A DNA stretch of 64,000 bases from a virus (Duplodnaviria > Caudoviricetes). Below the pieces are notes generated by a model. That model made no database searches. It was not told where the DNA came from and was given only the letters and a program-made list of their open reading frames with translations. The translations under genes and the position numbers were made by a program. Numbering within the stretch: position 1 is the stretch's first letter; each line of letters opens with the position of its first letter. Of this stretch, positions 22,036 through 32,434 are shown piece by piece. The stretch spans positions 1 through 64,000 of the IMG/VR virus record IMGVR_UViG_3300007735_000917. One strand, written 5' to 3'.

Positions 22036-22335
22036 TCAATCAGTTATCACTTGTTTTTTTCTCAATCCGTCATACCATTTTCTGCCAGTCTCACTAAACC
22101 TATAATCCCATTTTAATGTATATCTACTCTGTAATTCTTTAACCATCGCCGTAGCATACCCTCTACGACGATGCTCATAACATATGTTTATGAATTCTAT
22201 ACACACAATGTCATCATAACTGTTATTTTTATAATATTTACAAAAACCCACCGAGTTTTTCTTGTTATTTAATATTTCACAGTTATACTCATCTCGGTTA
22301 TTGTTGTAACCCAAATATGTGTGAATAAACTCCAT
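22036..22335 (-). CDS. GNAT-family acetyltransferase-like protein
   Basis: HRRRGYATAM acetyl-CoA motif A. Confidence 0.6.
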   Translation of the reverse strand: MEFIHTYLGYNNNRDEYNCEILNNKKNSVGFCKYYKNNSYDDIVCIEFINICYEHRRRGYATAMVKELQSRYTLKWDYRFSETGRKWYDGLRKKQVITD

Positions 22336-22338
22336 ATA

Positions 22339-23031
22339 TCAACCGTGACATAACCACGCCTGTATGTTGAATCTCTTGTTTTCCCAAGCCAAATCCTTTG
22401 GAGCAGTAATTTCACTACAAGCGTGAAACACTGTGGATGGAAAGATTGCTAACTGATTGCTTGTAAGTGGCAATCTGTATGTATGGTTTTTATACATAAA
22501 GTATTGTTCTCCACCCTTCATCACACTTGGATCTTTAACCAAAGTAAGTGCAAATGTAAATGCATTTTGTTTGTTTACATCTACACCATCCCAAGTCATT
22601 CCACTAACTGACAAATCTCGGTGCCAATTATAATAACCACCATCACCATAATTAATGATATGATACTTATACAAGTATCTGTACTTAGCATAAGCAGTGA
22701 GTTCTTCATTTTTAGCGTGGGTTAGAAAATCTAATATACCCTGATGAAAGATATATTTGCTTAAATTTGATACATAATAACCCAAATCTTTGTTCTTTTC
22801 AACCTGATCATTGTTAAATGGAAGCCAAACATCTTGTCCAGTACACAATGGACTCAATGGTTCATCTGGATTATAAGCAGCACCATCATTGTAACCACCA
22901 CTCCAATGTGGTACACCAAAATGTGGCTTTAACTTGATAAAATCTTCATACAATTTAGTAACATAATCTCTTGGAAGAAAATTATCAATTACTACAAGTG
23001 GAATGTGTTCGTGTTCTACAGGAATATACAT
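22339..23031 (-). CDS. 2OG-Fe(II) oxygenase
   Basis: YNWHRD, GGE, IFPS..FH, R metal and 2OG ligands. Confidence 0.85.
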   Translation of the reverse strand: MYIPVEHEHIPLVVIDNFLPRDYVTKLYEDFIKLKPHFGVPHWSGGYNDGAAYNPDEPLSPLCTGQDVWLPFNNDQVEKNKDLGYYVSNLSKYIFHQGILDFLTHAKNEELTAYAKYRYLYKYHIINYGDGGYYNWHRDLSVSGMTWDGVDVNKQNAFTFALTLVKDPSVMKGGEQYFMYKNHTYRLPLTSNQLAIFPSTVFHACSEITAPKDLAWENKRFNIQAWLCHG

Positions 23032-23045
23032 AACAATTTATTTTA

Positions 23046-23750
23046 TTAATTATACCAACCAGATACGCTGATTCTTTCTTTGTTTGAGTTATTAACAACC
23101 TGTGTTACACAATGTGGTGCTACTCCAGCTGTTACTTCAAAAATTACCAATTTATTGAAAGATGGATTGATTGCTCTGATATTGTTTTTGTCTCTCAAAT
23201 CAAAATATAACCCACCAAAATCAGGATTCCAATCTTTGGTCAAATGACACACAAATGCCAGTTTACCGTTAACATCGTCTGTATGATTGCTTAAAAAGCA
23301 GTTTTCAGCATAACGACTCACAAAGGTTTTGTCTCCCATCGTAATTTCCAAATCAGTTACACTATTGATGAACTCAATCATTTCTTTACCGTTAAAGAAA
23401 GCCATTGTTTCTTCATAAACAACTGATTTAGCCTTTTCCATAACGCCTGGCATAGTTTTATAGAAAAAATAACTGAATAGATTGTTATCTCTAGCGTTAC
23501 AAGCGTGTTGATAAGCTTGTTCCATAACATATCTATTACCCGGAATATTTTGCCACCACTCCCAATCACCTTCATATCTAAGTGACGGCATATATGTAGC
23601 AGACCAATATTCTTTGCTCATTTCGGTTGTATAGTACTTATACAACTTTTCAGCATATTCTTCTGTCAAAAAGTTATCTATTACAACTCGTCTTTTTTTA
23701 ACAAACTCTTCTTTATATGCAGAAGCATTGATATTCTTTATATTAATCAT
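23046..23750 (-). CDS. 2OG-Fe(II) oxygenase (prolyl hydroxylase-like)
   Basis: HTD, W.PDFGG, FNKLVIF, PHCV, RISVSGW. Confidence 0.85.
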   Translation of the reverse strand: MINIKNINASAYKEEFVKKRRVVIDNFLTEEYAEKLYKYYTTEMSKEYWSATYMPSLRYEGDWEWWQNIPGNRYVMEQAYQHACNARDNNLFSYFFYKTMPGVMEKAKSVVYEETMAFFNGKEMIEFINSVTDLEITMGDKTFVSRYAENCFLSNHTDDVNGKLAFVCHLTKDWNPDFGGLYFDLRDKNNIRAINPSFNKLVIFEVTAGVAPHCVTQVVNNSNKERISVSGWYN

Positions 23751-23753
23751 ATA

Positions 23754-23996
23754 TTAACCGTTTAAAACGTTTTTAACGCAACCCTTTGATAGATGCAGAA
23801 TTTCATCCAATGTTTCTTTTACTCGGATAGGATGCTGCGTGTTGTTTTTGGTGAAAATTAAACTATGAACTTTTGATTGTTCGACATTAATGACCATATC
23901 CAAGTTAATTAGTTGCGGATTATATTTTCTATTTGTTGTATTTTCTAGGTCATCGTGACCAGGATCCAATACTGAGAGTTTTACAAAGTGTGCCAT
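23754..23996 (-). CDS. Small FlbD/LytTR-like hypothetical protein
   Basis: LINLDMVINVE...IRVKETLDEI; likely start MAHFVK. Confidence 0.55.
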   Translation of the reverse strand: MAHFVKLSVLDPGHDDLENTTNRKYNPQLINLDMVINVEQSKVHSLIFTKNNTQHPIRVKETLDEILHLSKGCVKNVLNG

Positions 23997-24070
23997 ATTA
24001 TCTACTAATATATAACAACTATTTGTGAGGGTCAAGTAAAATATGAAAATATAATAACTACTTATAGTTA

Positions 24071-24466
24071 ATGTCAGTTACTAATACATTTGGGTCGGTT
24101 TGTGATACGTGGGGTTCATATTGTTTCACTTGGGGAGACTGTATTGCTTCTGTTGTTGAGGTTTTGGAAGGAGGAGCTAGAAATCCTGCTGAGTGGGGAG
24201 ATCATCCCTTTGATAATTACGAAGACCAACAAAAAGCGCTAGAAGATTTTCAAATTAAAAATCCTGCTAAAGCGGCTAAGTTGGTTGATATACTGTTACA
24301 GTGTCAAAATAAAAAATATAAGAAAACTATTGAAATACCCGACAAAAAGATATTTATAAAAGTAAATGACGTTAACTTCATTCTTAATACATTAAATGAG
24401 GTAGGAGTTGACATTAAAAATATAAGAAAGTACAAAGACGATGAGCTACAAAATTTACTTGGATAA
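24071..24466 (+). CDS. Hypothetical protein
   Basis: 131 aa with TACTTATA motif upstream. Confidence 0.7.
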   Translation: MSVTNTFGSVCDTWGSYCFTWGDCIASVVEVLEGGARNPAEWGDHPFDNYEDQQKALEDFQIKNPAKAAKLVDILLQCQNKKYKKTIEIPDKKIFIKVNDVNFILNTLNEVGVDIKNIRKYKDDELQNLLG

Positions 24467-24953
24467 AGAAGAAACATTTGAATGTGAAGCTAGTATTAAA
24501 AATGCTTCTTACAAAAATAGTTCAGCACGATTGATCATTGAAAGTGAAGATGTTAACTTGGTATTCTTTGGCAATGTTGACAAAAACACTATCACTGTAC
24601 CCATCAAGAGTCTCAAAAAGTACTTTACTGAAAGTGATACCGCCAAGATTAAATTGGAAGTTATTGTAGAAAATCAATTGGTTACCCCATGGGAAAGTGA
24701 AGTAGAATTTGACAATTATAATAAGGTGGAAATTAAAGAAATCAAAAATATCAAACAAAATCCACTAGTAGAAATCAAAGTCAAAGAAGAACAAAAAGAA
24801 GTTGTTGTGGAAAAAGAACAATCAGTAGAAAGTCCAAAACAAAATCTATTGAAAAATCTCAACGAAGAAATCAAAAAGATAAAATCAAACGGTAAATTAA
24901 ATAAAGAGGCAAAAAAAGAATTAATTAAAAATCTATTACAGAAAGATTTATAA
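24441..24953 (+). CDS. Hypothetical protein
   Basis: 170 aa, overlaps the upstream gene. Confidence 0.7.
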   Translation: MSYKIYLDKEETFECEASIKNASYKNSSARLIIESEDVNLVFFGNVDKNTITVPIKSLKKYFTESDTAKIKLEVIVENQLVTPWESEVEFDNYNKVEIKEIKNIKQNPLVEIKVKEEQKEVVVEKEQSVESPKQNLLKNLNEEIKKIKSNGKLNKEAKKELIKNLLQKDL

Positions 24954-24968
24954 TTAATATAATATGAT

Positions 24969-26198
24969 ATGCCTCAGTTTCCATCTCAAAATCTAAATAC
25001 ACAAAAAATTTGTGAGTCATATCCCAGATTACTCCAAAGATACAGTAGTAGCTTAGTACTAGACGGTACAGGCAGTTTAATAACATTTCTCAATCTCACC
25101 GCCAGTTACGCCTTAAATTCACCATCAACAATTGGTACCTCAGGCACAAGCGGCCAAACAGGTGCCAGTGGAAGTAGTGGTTCAAGTGGATCCAGTGGCA
25201 ATAGTGGAAGTAGCGGATCTAGCGGTACATCAGGTAGTTCAGGTTCAAGCGGCAGTAGTGGTAGTAGTGGTCAAACTGGTAGTAGTGGAACAAGTGGATC
25301 AAGTGGTACAAGCGGTAGTAGTGGTACAAGCGGTAGTAGTGGCACAAGTGGAAGTAGTGGAACAAGTGGTCAAACTGGTAGTAGTGGAACAAGCGGTATA
25401 AATGGTGCGGGTGGTGCTCAAGGACACTGGGGAAGTTTTTGGGATACTACAACACAGACAAACGTATCTGGCTCTACTGGCAGCAATTTGATGTTTTTTA
25501 ATACCAAAGATCCAGATCGATATGGTATTGACATGGTTGATACCACAAAACTTACATTTAGCGAGGGTGGTGTATACAATATTCAATTTAGTGCGGTCTT
25601 TCAAAAAAGCAATTCAAATGCTGCTGATGTGGATATTTGGATAGCTAAAAATGGTACTAATGTACCCGTCACAAATACCATATTTAGTGCTGCTGGTCAG
25701 TCTAATAGTATTGCTGCTTGGAACTTTGTATTGAAACTTAATGCGGGTGATTTTATACAATTTTATTGGCACACTGATTCGCCTACAATTTCAATTGCGT
25801 ATGTAGGAGAACAATCCAATCCTTCTATTCCAGCGATGCCTTCTATTATTTTGACGGCTACGCAAGTAATGTATACACAGTTGGGTAGTGCTGGTAGCAA
25901 TGGTACTTCTGGTTCATCCGGTTCTTCGGGTTCATCTGGTAGTAGTGGAAGTACAGGTACAAGTGGTACCAGTGGATTTCTTAATTTAACTGGATCAACT
26001 GTTAATGGTGTACTTACGTATAATGGAGCTGGTAGTGGAACTGTACAGTCAAATGCAAAAATACAAAATGGTTATGTAATATTAAATCAAGTATCATCTT
26101 CTTTAAATTTCGTAGATGATGCAGCTGCTGCCAGCGCTGGAGTACCAATTGGTGGGTTATATAGAAACGGAAACTTTATACTTATAAGAATAACATAA
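24969..26198 (+). CDS. Collagen-like (GSS repeat) fibre with C1q/BclA-like domain
   Basis: GSSGTS repeats; GVYNIQFSA..DVDIW..NG..LNAGDFIQFYW. Confidence 0.75.
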   Translation: MPQFPSQNLNTQKICESYPRLLQRYSSSLVLDGTGSLITFLNLTASYALNSPSTIGTSGTSGQTGASGSSGSSGSSGNSGSSGSSGTSGSSGSSGSSGSSGQTGSSGTSGSSGTSGSSGTSGSSGTSGSSGTSGQTGSSGTSGINGAGGAQGHWGSFWDTTTQTNVSGSTGSNLMFFNTKDPDRYGIDMVDTTKLTFSEGGVYNIQFSAVFQKSNSNAADVDIWIAKNGTNVPVTNTIFSAAGQSNSIAAWNFVLKLNAGDFIQFYWHTDSPTISIAYVGEQSNPSIPAMPSIILTATQVMYTQLGSAGSNGTSGSSGSSGSSGSSGSTGTSGTSGFLNLTGSTVNGVLTYNGAGSGTVQSNAKIQNGYVILNQVSSSLNFVDDAAAASAGVPIGGLYRNGNFILIRIT

Positions 26199-26202
26199 CA
26201 CT

Positions 26203-29200
26203 ATGTCATTAAAACTTTCAGGATCATTAGGATTTACAGGATCATTAATTGTTAAAGGAACACTAAGTTCCACACAAGTAGCTCAAGTCACATCCAGTTA
26301 TGCCAGAAGAGCTATAACAGCAAGTTATGCTTTAAGTTATAGTGGCACATCAGGTACCGCTGGAAGTAGTGGATCTAGTGGATCTAGTGGTACATCAGGA
26401 TCCAGCGGATCTAACGGTTCAAGTGGAAGTTCTGGTAGCAGCGGAACATCAGGAACATCAGGAACATCAGGTTCAAGTGGATCTAGCGGATCTAGCGGTT
26501 CAAATGGAAGTTCTGGTAGCAGCGGATCATCAGGTTCAAGTGGATCTAGCGGAAGTGGTGGTTCAAGTGGAAGTGCTGGCAGCAGTGGTTCAAGTGGCGC
26601 AAGCGGCAGTTCAGGATCATCAGGCAGTTCAGGTACAAGTGGTATAAGTTCATTTACAACATCCACTACAATTTTTCTTATGCCAGCAGTTTCCTCAACT
26701 GTTGATGTTGGCGTGTCAAATACTAGTTGGATGGCAATAGGTCAGATTGTCTATCTTGAGACCGCTGGATATTTTTCTGTCAATGCAATCGGTAGTACCA
26801 CTTCAGTTACTTTAACCAATACTGGATATACAGGAAACGCTTCACCATCAACTGTTATAAGCAGTTCACGAAAACTAACTCCAGGTGGCATAAATGGCGT
26901 TTCTGGTAGTTCAGGATCAAGCGGCAGTTCAGGTACTAGTGGGTCATCAGGAACATCAGGAAGTTCTGGCACAAGCGGTAGTAGTGGAAGTGGAGGAAGT
27001 TCAGGTAGTGCTGGTAGCAGTGGTACTAGTGTATCTGTGAGTGGTACTACCAATTATGTTGTTAAGTTTTCATCAGCTTCTACGGTGGCTACTGGATCAA
27101 TGTTTGATAACGGTAATATTGGTATTGGTACTAATAATCCTACTCGAAAACTACATATTGATGGTGGAGCTAATACAACTGTTGGAATTTATTTAGACGC
27201 TAATGGTATTAGTGGTACAGAACTTGAACAATCATCTGATGCATTTAGATTTCAAATCAGAGATAATATACCCGCATTATTTTATACCAACAATACTGAA
27301 AGAATGCGTATTACTAGTGGTGGTAATGTAGGCATTGGAACTACATCTATCAATGCTAAATTGGATATATTACAATCATCCACTTCAAACAATCAAATTA
27401 GAATTTATTCAGATGATGGTACTGCTCAATTAAGAACATATAGTACTTCGGATGGATATGGTTTGATTATTAATCAATATTATGCAGTAGCAGGTAGTCC
27501 TTATTTGAGAAGTGCTGATTTTGTAGCATCGACCGGAGATGTTTCATCAACAATGATGAGATTCTTTACTAAAAATTATTCATCTAACCCAGCTGAAAGA
27601 CTTAGAATTACTAGTGATGGTAACGTAGGTATTGGTACAACAAGTCCTGTGACTCAATTACATGTTTCGGGTTCACTTCAAATAGGTAATGGTACCAACT
27701 ATGGTAATAAATTTACATTATTTGATGATTTTTCAAGTGGAAAACTTGCATTTGTAATGCGAGATTTAAATGCGGATGATATATTTGGTTTATATTGTAA
27801 TTCCACGACAGGCGAAGTTAGATTATTAGCTGATGATGATAATGGTACAGCTTTCATGACATTCCAAATGAATGCTAGTGAAAGAATGCGTATCACAAAT
27901 GGTGGTAACGTAGGTATAGGTACGACAAGTCCAGCTCAAAAATTACACGTATCTGGTAATTCAAGAATAGATGGTATAGGTGCATTTGGAATAGTACAAA
28001 GCAATTGGACCTCTGGTATATATGGTGTTGAAATTGGTGGTGTAGGTAATGCATTATGGGCAAATGGTGCATCTTATATAGAATTAACTAATAATGGTTA
28101 TTTTGATAGTGGTGGTTGGAAATATGCTAATAGTGCTGCGTCATCAAGATATGAATTAGGAATTGGAGCTCATTATTGGTTTACCGCAGCTTCTGGTACT
28201 GCAGGTAACGCTCTGACTTGGAGTGAAAAAATGAGGTTGGATAATAATGGCAATGTTGGTATTGGTAGTGGCAGTCCTGCTTATAAATTGGATGTTGCTG
28301 GTTCTGCATATGCTTATAATTATTTTACATTGTTAACCGCAGCAACATATGGTACAAGTGACACTAGTGCAGCAATGCAAGTGTATGGATCAACTGGTTC
28401 AGGTGGTTTAACAAATACTATAAAATTTGTAACGGGTGGCAGTGAAAGAGTTCGTATAGATAGTAGTGGTAATGTTGGTATAGGCACAAGTAGTCCACCA
28501 GAAAAATTATCTGTAGCAGGTAATTTTGCTTTAGCCGCATCTGATGCTACTTCATTTGGAAGTGGAAGTAAAATAAGATTTTATAGAGCGGCCGATGGAT
28601 GGGAACCAGCGCAAATTGAACAAATTTGGACTGGCGGTAGTTATCAAGGCGTTTTAGCTTTTAAAACAACTACCGGTGCGTTAGGCACATTGACTACAAA
28701 GATGGTGCTTAATAATAATGGTAATTTAGGTATTGGTACGAGCAGTCCAGCATCTATTTTACATACCGCTGGTTCTGGTGATCAAGTTGTACGATTTACA
28801 CATACTGATAACGTAAATGGTAGAACACTAACTATAAGATTAACCAATAATAATTCTACATATTTAAATTCAGGCACTTATATTCAAGCAATACAAGGAG
28901 CTGGTATAGATTATTATTCACTAGCATTTGGTACCACAAACAATTCTACTACTTCAACTGAAAGAATGCGTATTACCAGTGATGGTAATGTAGGTATAGG
29001 TACAAGTAGTCCATCTGCTGGATTAGATGTTAGTAAAGCAACATCTTATATTGGTATTAATGGAACTGATACATTTCTATATTTAAGAGGATACAATACA
29101 GGCAGATCTTCACTTATAACAAACGCGGGATCTTCAGGTAATTACAATGGTTTAGCAATAATTACAAATGAAACAAATGCCAATTCATTGCCAAGTTGGA

Positions 29201-31272
29201 GAATGGATATCGGTGGATATGATGGTATTAGTTATGGTACAGATAATTTTTGGATTGGTAGAACTCCATCAGGCGGTTCGTTATCAAGATTTTTATTTAT
29301 CAATAATGGTGGTAATATTGGTATAGGCACAACAAGTCCAAATGATAAATTGACTATCTTCGCAGATAATTATTTATCATTTCAAACTTCAAATACCACA
29401 TTTAATTCGGGCAGAGGTGCTAGAATTGGTGCTACTTCAACAGGAAGTGGAATCGGAGAATTAATTTTCGAAACTTATAAAGGTGGAAGTGGTGGTGGCG
29501 AAAGAATGCGTATTACTTCAGATGGTTATGTAGGTATAGGCACATCAACTACAACATCTGGATTACAAATACAAACTGAAGGTACAAATACCACATCAGG
29601 TTCATTCTTGTTTATAAGATCTACCAATGCAAGTTTTGGTGGAGGTGCTATAGGTGTTGGATATCAATTTGCAGCCCCCGTAGGTAATAACTATTATCCA
29701 TTCAGAATTAGAGCTGGTTCAACAAATGCAATATTTACAATAAATAGTTCTGGAGTTTTGTATGCTGGAGATACTACAGGAGCAATTGCTTATGGTAATC
29801 ACGATCCATATTATGCGTTTAATCAAGATACCAATACAGGTATGGATTGGGCAGCCGCTGATACATTAACATTTAAAACAGGTGGTAGTGAAAGAATGCG
29901 TATCGATAGTGGTGGTAATGTGGGTATAGGCACAACAAGTCCTGCTTACAAACTTGAAGTTGCATCAGGAACATCTGGACAACAGTCGTTAGTTAACTTT
30001 AGAACAGCAGACTCAACTACAGCAAACAATGCTGGAATACAGATTTTTGCGACCCCTTCAGCAACTGCCACAAGTCGAGAAGCTGTAATGGCGCTAGACG
30101 CTGATGGTGCAAATGCAAGTGGCGGAGATTACTTTTTAATAAAAAAGCGAGGAAATAGCGGAACTACAGATTTTGAGCAGTACTCAAATGCCTCAATGCG
30201 CTTTGGTACAAACTTTATAAGTCGTGCTACCTATGACATGACTATTGCGAATGATGGTAATGTTGGTATAGGCACAACAAGTCCTGTTGCTAAATTGCAC
30301 ATAAAAGGTGGTAATGAACTATTAAATACATCTGGTAGTACAGGTAGTACAACCAGCGGTTCTTTGATGGTGGTTGGTCAAAATACAAAAGGTGGTGCAA
30401 ATTATCACGACTTCTTGTATACAAAGAATTCAAAAGCTACACTAAATCCACAAAAATATTTCCGCCAAGATAATACCGGTAATTTAGAAATAGTTAACAG
30501 TGCATATAATAATACCATATTCATATTAACTGATAGCGGTTCATTACAATTACCAGTTACACAAACATCAAATGTCACACAATTAAGAAATACAGGCGCT
30601 GGACTTAAAATTAGTGGTTTATCAATATTTGATGATGGTAATGTTCATATTCATGATACCACACCAAATACAAATATGTGGATAAATGTTAGTGGATCTG
30701 GAAAACTTATTGTAAATGGTCAAACAGGTGCAACTGGTGGTGTTTCTATTGGTTCTAGCAATGGAAGAGGTAAGTTGGATGTAAATGGTAGTGTAAATTA
30801 TGATCAAGGCACATTCTATTATTACGCAAACATTTACGGTGGTACTTCAAGTGGTACAATTCCTATCAGTGTATATGCAACTGATCGTATGGGCGCAAGT
30901 GAATTTGATGCCCGTTCAGATAAAAGATTAAAGAAAGATATAAGACCAGTTGATACACAAATGGCACTGCAATTCGTCAAAACATCAAAACCTGTAATGT
31001 ACAAATGGAACATAGGCGTTGATAATGGAGATAAATCTGGTTATATAGCTCAAGACATCATTAAAATTGGCTTCCCACACTTAATAAGCGGCATTCCAAA
31101 CGATGATGTAAAACAAGAAACCGATAACGATGGCTATACCTCACCAGATAAAATTCAACTGTCTATGAATTATGACCAAGTTGTTCCACTGTTAGACGCA
31201 GCATTAAAACACGCATTACAAAAAATCGAACAACTAGAAAATAGAATCTCACAACTAGAATCTAAACAATAA
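26203..31272 (+). CDS. Long tail fibre with C-terminal peptidase S74 intramolecular chaperone
   Basis: About ten ERMRI.S.GNVGIGT.SP repeats; SDKRLKKDI...GYIAQD...coiled coil. Confidence 0.9.
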   Translation: MSLKLSGSLGFTGSLIVKGTLSSTQVAQVTSSYARRAITASYALSYSGTSGTAGSSGSSGSSGTSGSSGSNGSSGSSGSSGTSGTSGTSGSSGSSGSSGSNGSSGSSGSSGSSGSSGSGGSSGSAGSSGSSGASGSSGSSGSSGTSGISSFTTSTTIFLMPAVSSTVDVGVSNTSWMAIGQIVYLETAGYFSVNAIGSTTSVTLTNTGYTGNASPSTVISSSRKLTPGGINGVSGSSGSSGSSGTSGSSGTSGSSGTSGSSGSGGSSGSAGSSGTSVSVSGTTNYVVKFSSASTVATGSMFDNGNIGIGTNNPTRKLHIDGGANTTVGIYLDANGISGTELEQSSDAFRFQIRDNIPALFYTNNTERMRITSGGNVGIGTTSINAKLDILQSSTSNNQIRIYSDDGTAQLRTYSTSDGYGLIINQYYAVAGSPYLRSADFVASTGDVSSTMMRFFTKNYSSNPAERLRITSDGNVGIGTTSPVTQLHVSGSLQIGNGTNYGNKFTLFDDFSSGKLAFVMRDLNADDIFGLYCNSTTGEVRLLADDDNGTAFMTFQMNASERMRITNGGNVGIGTTSPAQKLHVSGNSRIDGIGAFGIVQSNWTSGIYGVEIGGVGNALWANGASYIELTNNGYFDSGGWKYANSAASSRYELGIGAHYWFTAASGTAGNALTWSEKMRLDNNGNVGIGSGSPAYKLDVAGSAYAYNYFTLLTAATYGTSDTSAAMQVYGSTGSGGLTNTIKFVTGGSERVRIDSSGNVGIGTSSPPEKLSVAGNFALAASDATSFGSGSKIRFYRAADGWEPAQIEQIWTGGSYQGVLAFKTTTGALGTLTTKMVLNNNGNLGIGTSSPASILHTAGSGDQVVRFTHTDNVNGRTLTIRLTNNNSTYLNSGTYIQAIQGAGIDYYSLAFGTTNNSTTSTERMRITSDGNVGIGTSSPSAGLDVSKATSYIGINGTDTFLYLRGYNTGRSSLITNAGSSGNYNGLAIITNETNANSLPSWRMDIGGYDGISYGTDNFWIGRTPSGGSLSRFLFINNGGNIGIGTTSPNDKLTIFADNYLSFQTSNTTFNSGRGARIGATSTGSGIGELIFETYKGGSGGGERMRITSDGYVGIGTSTTTSGLQIQTEGTNTTSGSFLFIRSTNASFGGGAIGVGYQFAAPVGNNYYPFRIRAGSTNAIFTINSSGVLYAGDTTGAIAYGNHDPYYAFNQDTNTGMDWAAADTLTFKTGGSERMRIDSGGNVGIGTTSPAYKLEVASGTSGQQSLVNFRTADSTTANNAGIQIFATPSATATSREAVMALDADGANASGGDYFLIKKRGNSGTTDFEQYSNASMRFGTNFISRATYDMTIANDGNVGIGTTSPVAKLHIKGGNELLNTSGSTGSTTSGSLMVVGQNTKGGANYHDFLYTKNSKATLNPQKYFRQDNTGNLEIVNSAYNNTIFILTDSGSLQLPVTQTSNVTQLRNTGAGLKISGLSIFDDGNVHIHDTTPNTNMWINVSGSGKLIVNGQTGATGGVSIGSSNGRGKLDVNGSVNYDQGTFYYYANIYGGTSSGTIPISVYATDRMGASEFDARSDKRLKKDIRPVDTQMALQFVKTSKPVMYKWNIGVDNGDKSGYIAQDIIKIGFPHLISGIPNDDVKQETDNDGYTSPDKIQLSMNYDQVVPLLDAALKHALQKIEQLENRISQLESKQ

Positions 31273-31276
31273 CCAC

Positions 31277-31309
31277 AAAAACCCCACCAAATTAATGATG
31301 GGGTTTTTT
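31277..31309 (+). terminator. Rho-independent terminator (possibly bidirectional)
   Basis: AAAACCCCA...TGGGGTTTTT. Confidence 0.8.
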
Positions 31310-31366
31310 ATTAAATAATTTTAACTATTTTTCCACTTTTTTCCCACTTCTTTACTATTTATTAGT

Positions 31367-31510
31367 ATGGGAAGAAAAAAGAAATATACAACTGAACAAC
31401 AACTTAACGGCGCAAATAAAGAAAAATATATGCGGTACTATCATAATAATATTATTGAAAGAAGAAAAAAAGCATTAGAAAGATATTATAAAAAGAAAGA
31501 AGAGAAATGA
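31367..31510 (+). CDS. Small basic protein coupled to the endonuclease (not in ORF track)
   Basis: MGRKKKYTTEQQ...ALERYYKKKEEK, 47 aa; ATGA overlap with the next gene; TATTTATT upstream. Confidence 0.6.
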   Translation: MGRKKKYTTEQQLNGANKEKYMRYYHNNIIERRKKALERYYKKKEEK

Positions 31511-32307
31511 AACTCTATTTGATGATAAAAACACATAATATAACTGGCAAAAAATATTTATGCAAAAAACAAGCTAGAAATGATATAGAAGCCATTAAAT
31601 ACACAGGATCAGGTCTTAAATGGAAACCACATTTAAAAGAATTTGGCAAAAATTTTACTACTGAAATTTTGTTTGTTTGTCCAATTGAAAACAAAACGGA
31701 ATTTAGAAAAATAGCTATAGATTATAGTTGTAAACTTAATATTTTAAGTGATTCGAATTGGATGAATATGATATTAGAAGATGGCGGTGGTGGTTCAACA
31801 TCAGAAACAAATGGTAGTAAAGGTAAAAAATGGATTTATAAAGATGAACAAAGAAAAAGTGTATGTCAAAGTGTATTGCAAGAATATCTATCAAATGGAT
31901 GGACTCTTGGATTTCCAGAAAAATTTAAAAAAATCATTTCTGATTATAGCAAAGGAAAAATTCCGTGGAATAAAAATAAAAGTTTAAAACTTCCACATGA
32001 ATATACATCAAGAATTTGTAAGAAAAAATACAACTCTAATAAATCTAATAAATATACTAGTGAACTTAGAAGTTTAACTGCAAAAGAATGTTTAAATAGA
32101 CCAGAAGTATTATTGAAATTTAAACAACCAAGAAAATCCCCAATTACAGCAAAAAATGTAACCACGAATGAAATTAAAACGCTTGGTAGAAGACAATGGC
32201 ACGATGTTCACCAAATAGATTATAGGAAACTTTTGAAGGGATATACATCAAAAGGATGGAAGATGGTAGTGGTACCGGGACTTGAACCCGGAACTTCACC
32301 CTTATAA
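31507..32307 (+). CDS. Seg-like (GIY-YIG-related) free-standing homing endonuclease
   Basis: LYLMIKTH..TGKKYL, KYTGSG..W..HL, N...EDGGGG; NUMOD-like KGKIPWNK. Confidence 0.65.
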   Translation: MKLYLMIKTHNITGKKYLCKKQARNDIEAIKYTGSGLKWKPHLKEFGKNFTTEILFVCPIENKTEFRKIAIDYSCKLNILSDSNWMNMILEDGGGGSTSETNGSKGKKWIYKDEQRKSVCQSVLQEYLSNGWTLGFPEKFKKIISDYSKGKIPWNKNKSLKLPHEYTSRICKKKYNSNKSNKYTSELRSLTAKECLNRPEVLLKFKQPRKSPITAKNVTTNEIKTLGRRQWHDVHQIDYRKLLKGYTSKGWKMVVVPGLEPGTSPL

Positions 32308-32340
32308 GGAGTGTACTCTAACCACTTGAGTTATACCACT
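32264..32340 (-). tRNA. tRNA-Ile(UAU)
   Basis: AGTGGTA/TACCACT acceptor, CACTC-CTTATAA-GGGTG anticodon arm, TTCAAGT T-loop, encoded CCA. Confidence 0.92.
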
Positions 32341-32350
32341 ATCAAAAAAC

Positions 32351-32423
32351 TGGAGCGGGTCCGAACTTTGCATTTCGCCTTTTGATCTGGTAGACCAACG
32401 TGCTCTCTTTACACTTGACCCGC
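32351..32423 (-). tRNA. Atypical tRNA-Gly(ACC)
   Basis: GCGGGTC/GACCCGC acceptor, U73, CCA; TTGGT-CTACCAG-ATCAA anticodon arm; A8 and degenerate T arm. Confidence 0.7.
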
Positions 32424-32434
32424 ATCTTAAATAC

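Noticed and set aside
25130-27030. 9-nt periodic repeats as a CRISPR array or satellite
   Set aside because: Degenerate in-frame codon repeats with no repeat-spacer structure.
24071-31272. Invertible tail-fibre cassette
   Set aside because: The orientation is opposite to the other fibre genes, but no flanking inverted repeats or recombinase were seen.
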